A stretch of 64,000 nt of DNA. Source: an uncultured delta proteobacterium (lineage in GTDB: Bacteria; Desulfobacterota; Syntrophia; Syntrophales; UBA2185). Made by a program: the position numbers and the translations under genes. The notes below the pieces were generated by a model. The model was given only the letters and a program-made list of their open reading frames with translations, was not told the DNA's origin and did no database searches. Positions 63,895 through 64,000 of this stretch are shown here, piece after piece. Location of the stretch: the NCBI GenBank assembly GCA_963695875.1, contig CAVOID010000004.1, forward strand, positions 32,001 through 96,000, given 5' to 3'. Positions within the stretch are counted from its first letter, which is position 1. Each line of letters starts with the position of its first letter.

Positions 63895-64000
63895 TTAGCT
63901 CCTCCAAATACTTCTTGATCGGATCAAATCCTATTAAACGGGATGTGCAATCAGAAAATTTGTATAAATTTGCAGTTAACTGGAGTTAGGCACACAATAA

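Overview
Most of the window (about 6.1-64 kb) reads as chromosome of an anaerobic deltaproteobacterium, probably Syntrophales-like (inferred from gene content only). It carries two cobalamin-riboswitch-led late B12 operons, thiE/thiH, a liv ABC operon, an ADP-forming acyl-CoA ligase, tadA-tRNA-Ser x2-ffs-dnaX-ybaB-recR, and a porCDAB operon followed by a NuoE/NuoF/2Fe-2S (HydC/HydB/short HydA-like) module with no catalytic subunit. Single-base frameshifts occur throughout, including in essential genes, so this is probably an unpolished long-read consensus. The first ~6.1 kb is a patchwork of unrelated fragments, probably chimeric. Best non-routine signals: (1) an AT-rich, integrase-less integron cassette array (~17.5-20.8 kb) with well-formed attC sites, carrying an HNH nuclease, a small unknown protein and a HEPN-motif protein; (2) next to it, an MNT-HEPN module bracketed by a duplicated livF 3' end; (3) two families of tiny IS200/IS605-type non-autonomous elements whose ends obey the TnpA guide/cleavage rule; (4) an 88-bp two-hairpin tandem array behind the SRP RNA; (5) the POR-linked putative electron-bifurcating module. 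All calls are by eye; no database searches were run.
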